A stretch of 64,000 nucleotides of DNA from Nitrospirales bacterium. Its GTDB lineage: Bacteria; Nitrospirota; Nitrospiria; Nitrospirales; UBA8639. Under the pieces are notes generated by a model. That model did no database searches and was not told the DNA's origin. It was given only the letters and a program-made list of their open reading frames with translations. Made by a program: the position numbers and the translations under genes. Where the stretch lies: positions 672,001-736,000 of the forward strand of contig CBDBCZ010000019.1 in NCBI GenBank assembly GCA_965203295.1, in the 5' to 3' direction. The stretch's first letter is position 1. Each line of letters starts with the position of its first letter. Shown here piece by piece: positions 60,685 to 64,000 of the stretch.

Positions 60685-61323
60685 CTAACGCGTCGAAGGA
60701 TTAATGCCCCAATCATCCGCTGTCCCTCTGATAGCCCCAGCAGAACACATTTCTTGAATGGCATGCTGGGAATCATCAGGGTGAACGTTGATCCCTCGAA
60801 TGGCATCCTCAAGAACCACGACCCGAAATCCCAGTTTGCAAGCATCCAACACGGTGAGTTTGACACAGTAGTCAGTGGCTAATCCTACGACATACAATGA
60901 TTTCGCTGCCACATCCTCTAACCGGTCTTGTAAAGAAGTTCCGTCGAAACCAGAATAAGCTTATTGCTTGGGATCCGTGGCTCCCGACACAAAAAGGGTT
61001 CCGGGAGGGATTTTTAAATCAGAATGAAACTGAGCGCCCCACGAGCCCTGTACGCAATGTGATGGCCAGGGTCCGCCCTGCTCTTTGAATGAGCAATGAT
61101 TGGGTGGATGCCAATCACGGGTTGCGATGATTGGGCTTCCCTGAGCCGCAAATTGCTGAATGTAGTCATTAACAAGTGGAATAATTTCATCCCCTCCTGC
61201 AATGGGCAGAGCTCCTCCAGGGCAAAAATCATTTTGTAAATGAACCAGAAGCAACACTGAATGGGCATCCAGTTGAGCAACGAACCCTTTTCGTCCTGCC
61301 GGATTGTTCTTAGCCAATTTCAT
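60685..61323 (-). pseudogene. pncA: Nicotinamidase, nonsense mutation
   Basis: QNDFCPGGAL, DWHP, WPSHCVQG, in-frame TAA 60961-60963 (Q*AYSGF), then GLATDYCVK. The catalytic Asp position reads His (VHLQNDF). Confidence 0.9.
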
Positions 61324-62216
61324 CAGGCCACGATCTCCGTTCCAATGCCTTTGTCCGTGAAAATCTCTAATAGAATGGCATGAGGTATGCGTCCATCGAT
61401 AATGTGGGCCTTATGCACTCCTCCTTCCAAACCCATCAGGCATGCGCGAACTTTGGGTAACATGCCTTCGCCGATCGTTCCCTTTTTCACCATTCGTTCG
61501 GCATCTTTTCTTGAAAGAGTCGAAACATGCTGCTTCTGGGCATTTCTAATTCCTTTGACGTCGGTCAGGACTAATAATTTTTCAGCCTTCAGGGCCGCAG
61601 CCACACTGCCTGCCACCAGGTCCGCATTGATATTATGGGGTTTACCTTTCTTATCCACTCCAATGGGTGCAATCACTGGGATGAAATGATCTTGTTGTAA
61701 TTTGGTCAAAATGTGGGGATTAATCTTTTCCACTTCTCCCACTAATCCATATTCTTCATCCGTGCTTGTGAGTCCTTCTTGTGAAAGACCTTGTGACCAG
61801 CTTGTTGCACTAAAGGGTTTTGACAAGATCAGTTTGCCGTCTTTACCCGTCAAGCCTACGGCCTGCGCACCATGCTGATTAAGAAGGGTCACGATTTCTT
61901 TATTAATCTTTCCACCTAGGACCATTTCCACCACATCCATTGTGGCTTGATCTGTGACACGAACCCCTCGACGAAATGTTGGCTGAATTCCCAGCCTGGA
62001 TAACATCATGTCAATCTGGGTTCCCCCACCATGAACGATCACGGGGTTGAGCCCGACGTATTTCATCAATACCACATCTTCCGCGAACCCATCTTTGAGG
62101 CTCTCCTGAGTCATGGCCTTCCCACCATATTTAATCACGATGGTCTTCCCGGTAAAGGTACGGATGTACGGAAGGGCCTCGATTAACACACTGGCTTTTT
62201 CAATAAGCTTATTCAT
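61323..62216 (-). CDS. argB: Acetylglutamate kinase
   Basis: VIKYGG, VHGGG, RVTD, NINAD, GMLPKV. Confidence 0.97.
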   Translation of the reverse strand: MNKLIEKASVLIEALPYIRTFTGKTIVIKYGGKAMTQESLKDGFAEDVVLMKYVGLNPVIVHGGGTQIDMMLSRLGIQPTFRRGVRVTDQATMDVVEMVLGGKINKEIVTLLNQHGAQAVGLTGKDGKLILSKPFSATSWSQGLSQEGLTSTDEEYGLVGEVEKINPHILTKLQQDHFIPVIAPIGVDKKGKPHNINADLVAGSVAAALKAEKLLVLTDVKGIRNAQKQHVSTLSRKDAERMVKKGTIGEGMLPKVRACLMGLEGGVHKAHIIDGRIPHAILLEIFTDKGIGTEIVA

Positions 62217-62225
62217 CAGTACAGA

Positions 62226-62386
62226 GTTTAAAGTTTCGAATAAAAAAGTTTCGAGTTCAAAGTTTCAAATTTAAGGCTACATAGTGAAATTTTTGAAGAT
62301 CAGGATTCACTTTCCCAGTTAAGTAAGATCTAGCTTCTAACCTCCGAAAACTTTGAACTTGAAACTTTAAACCAGAAACTAGAAAG
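62226..62386. repeat. Degenerate heptamer arrays in inverted orientation
   Basis: AGTTTCG/AGTTCAA/AGTTTCA units (62226-62275) face AAACTTT/GAACTTG/AAACCAG/AAACTAG units (62347-62386). Confidence 0.55.
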
Positions 62387-62387
62387 T

Positions 62388-63794
62388 TTATAGGATAAAC
62401 CGACTCAAGTCTTGATCTTTGACGATGTCCTTGAGATGTTCTTTCACATATGTGGCATCGATCAAAACTTTCTTATCTTCGAGTTCTTGTGCTTCAAAGG
62501 AAATGTGCTCGAGTAATCGTTCGACAATGGTAAATAGGCGTCGAGCTCCAATGTTTTCGGTTCGATCATTGACCTGAACAGCTGTCCCTGCAATTTCTTC
62601 GAGCCCATCTGGGGTAAATTCTAACAAGATTCCTTCAGTGGCCATTAAGGCTTGATATTGCTTAATGAGCGCGTTCTTGGGTTCAGTGAGGATTCGAATG
62701 AGATCACTTTTGGTGAGAGGCTCCAGTTCGACTCGAATGGGAAATCTTCCTTGCAGCTCTGGGATCAAATCAGAGGGTTTGGATACATGAAAGGCCCCTG
62801 CCGCAACAAAAAGAATATGGTCTGTTTTCACTGGTCCATGTTTGGTGTTGACGGTTGATCCTTCAACGATGGGAAGAAGGTCCCGCTGAACACCTTCTCG
62901 GGAAATATCCGGTCCCAGGTGTTTTTCCCGCCCCGCAATTTTATCAATTTCGTCCAAAAACACGATTCCTGAATCTTCCACGCGGGCAATGGCCTGTTTG
63001 GTTATTTCTTCCATATCAAGAAGTTTCTGTGCCTCTTCTTCTTCTAAATGTTTTAAGGCCTCCGGAACTTTCATGTTCCGATTCTTTTTTCGTCCAGGCA
63101 TGAGGCCACCTAGCATCTCCCGCAGGTTATTTTCTAGATCCTCCATTCCTCCTACATTGGAAATGATCCCAACTGGGAGCCCGCCCCGCTCTTTGACCTC
63201 GAGTTCTACTGTTCGATTGGCTAATTTGCCTTCTCGTAGCTGCAGGCGGAGTTTTGACCGTGTGGCTTCACCGGCATTCAGGCTTTTCTGGGATAACCAT
63301 TCCTCACTGGCATCTTCCTTGTTCTCCAATGGCCTACTGGAAGGGGAAGATGGGAGAAGTAACTCTAGAAGTCGTTCCTCGGCGAATTCTTCGGCTTTTC
63401 GGCGGACTTGCTCCAAATGAGCTGTCTTGACCATACTCACCGATTGTTCGGTGAGGTCTCGGATAATGGATTCTACATCCCGTCCCACATACCCGACTTC
63501 AGTGAATTTGGACGCCTCGACCTTGATGAATGGAGCATCAGCCAGTTTAGCCAGCCGCCGAGATATTTCTGTTTTGCCGACACCGGTTGGACCAATCATG
63601 ATGATATTTTTAGGAAAGATCTCTTCTCGTAGCTCTGGACTCAATTGTTGTCGGCGCCACCGATTTCGAAGGGCAATCGCCACCATGCGCTTTGCATCAC
63701 GTTGACCGATGACATACCGGTCCAGCTCTTCGACGATTTGTCGAGGAGTGAGTGTGTCAAGTTTTTTCAGTGCTTGGATTGTCTGCGTATCCAT
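62388..63794 (-). CDS. hslU: ATP-dependent protease ATPase subunit HslU
   Basis: [44 protein letters not shown]. Confidence 0.97.
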   Translation of the reverse strand: MDTQTIQALKKLDTLTPRQIVEELDRYVIGQRDAKRMVAIALRNRWRRQQLSPELREEIFPKNIIMIGPTGVGKTEISRRLAKLADAPFIKVEASKFTEVGYVGRDVESIIRDLTEQSVSMVKTAHLEQVRRKAEEFAEERLLELLLPSSPSSRPLENKEDASEEWLSQKSLNAGEATRSKLRLQLREGKLANRTVELEVKERGGLPVGIISNVGGMEDLENNLREMLGGLMPGRKKNRNMKVPEALKHLEEEEAQKLLDMEEITKQAIARVEDSGIVFLDEIDKIAGREKHLGPDISREGVQRDLLPIVEGSTVNTKHGPVKTDHILFVAAGAFHVSKPSDLIPELQGRFPIRVELEPLTKSDLIRILTEPKNALIKQYQALMATEGILLEFTPDGLEEIAGTAVQVNDRTENIGARRLFTIVERLLEHISFEAQELEDKKVLIDATYVKEHLKDIVKDQDLSRFIL

Positions 63795-63795
63795 A

Positions 63796-64000
63796 TCATG
63801 TAACCTCAAGTTCCTCAATGACAATCTCGTGATTGGTATAAATGTCAATGCCTGCAGCCACCTTCATGGATTCTTCAACGATCTGTCGTGCCCCTAACTC
63901 GGAATGTGTCAGGAGAACTCTGGAGGCGGCCAGCGCGTAGGGTCCTCCTGATCCAATAGCGAGAATACCATCTTCGGGCTCTACCACATCTCCATTGCCA
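63796..64000 (-). CDS. hslV: ATP-dependent protease subunit HslV (C-terminal part; start outside window)
   Basis: [19 protein letters not shown]...DIYTNH. Confidence 0.95.
   Translation of the reverse strand, partial: GNGDVVEPEDGILAIGSGGPYALAASRVLLTHSELGARQIVEESMKVAAGIDIYTNHEIVIEELEVT

Noticed and set aside
1..64000. CRISPR array, rRNA, tRNA, prophage
   Set aside because: No regularly spaced direct repeats, rRNA/tRNA signatures or phage genes were seen by eye; short tRNAs could be missed without tRNAscan.

Overview
This is a bacterial chromosomal window. Gene content and order (ccm system I plus ccdA/TlpA, hopanoid transport genes, hslVU-argB, FG-GAP lipoprotein, intergenic GTT(G/C)AAAAA-type repeats) look like a Nitrospirales (Nitrospira-like) organism; this is inferred, not searched. 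Intact housekeeping genes are pdxB (partial), bcp, dtd, murJ, ruvA, yebC, fmt, rsmA, ftsK, lolA, gph, rpmB, recG, ppx, aas, lemA, ccmABCEFGHI, ccdA, argB, hslU and hslV (partial). About ten accessory genes are broken by stops, frameshifts or truncation: isoaspartyl peptidase, msrB, a DUF4384-type protein, a TehB-like methyltransferase, an amidohydrolase, an OprB fragment, pqiB, pqiC, ino1 and pncA. There are also IS200, IS3 and IS982-like elements or scars, MITE/REP-like repeats and a Phd/YefM-RelE toxin-antitoxin pair. The best candidate for an undescribed system is a two-gene operon (27332-29557, minus strand) encoding a heme-oxygenase-like diiron enzyme (TenA/PqqC/CADD fold) and a SAM methyltransferase with MidA/NDUFAF7-like motifs and an N-terminal PqqD/RRE-like domain. 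Other leads are a structured leader/ncRNA at about 10380-10600, a CcmE-like/CcmD-like fusion, and a SLATT + degenerate nucleotidyltransferase + TPM + LemA cluster. No rRNA, tRNA or CRISPR array was seen. All family calls are by-eye motif recognition without database searches.
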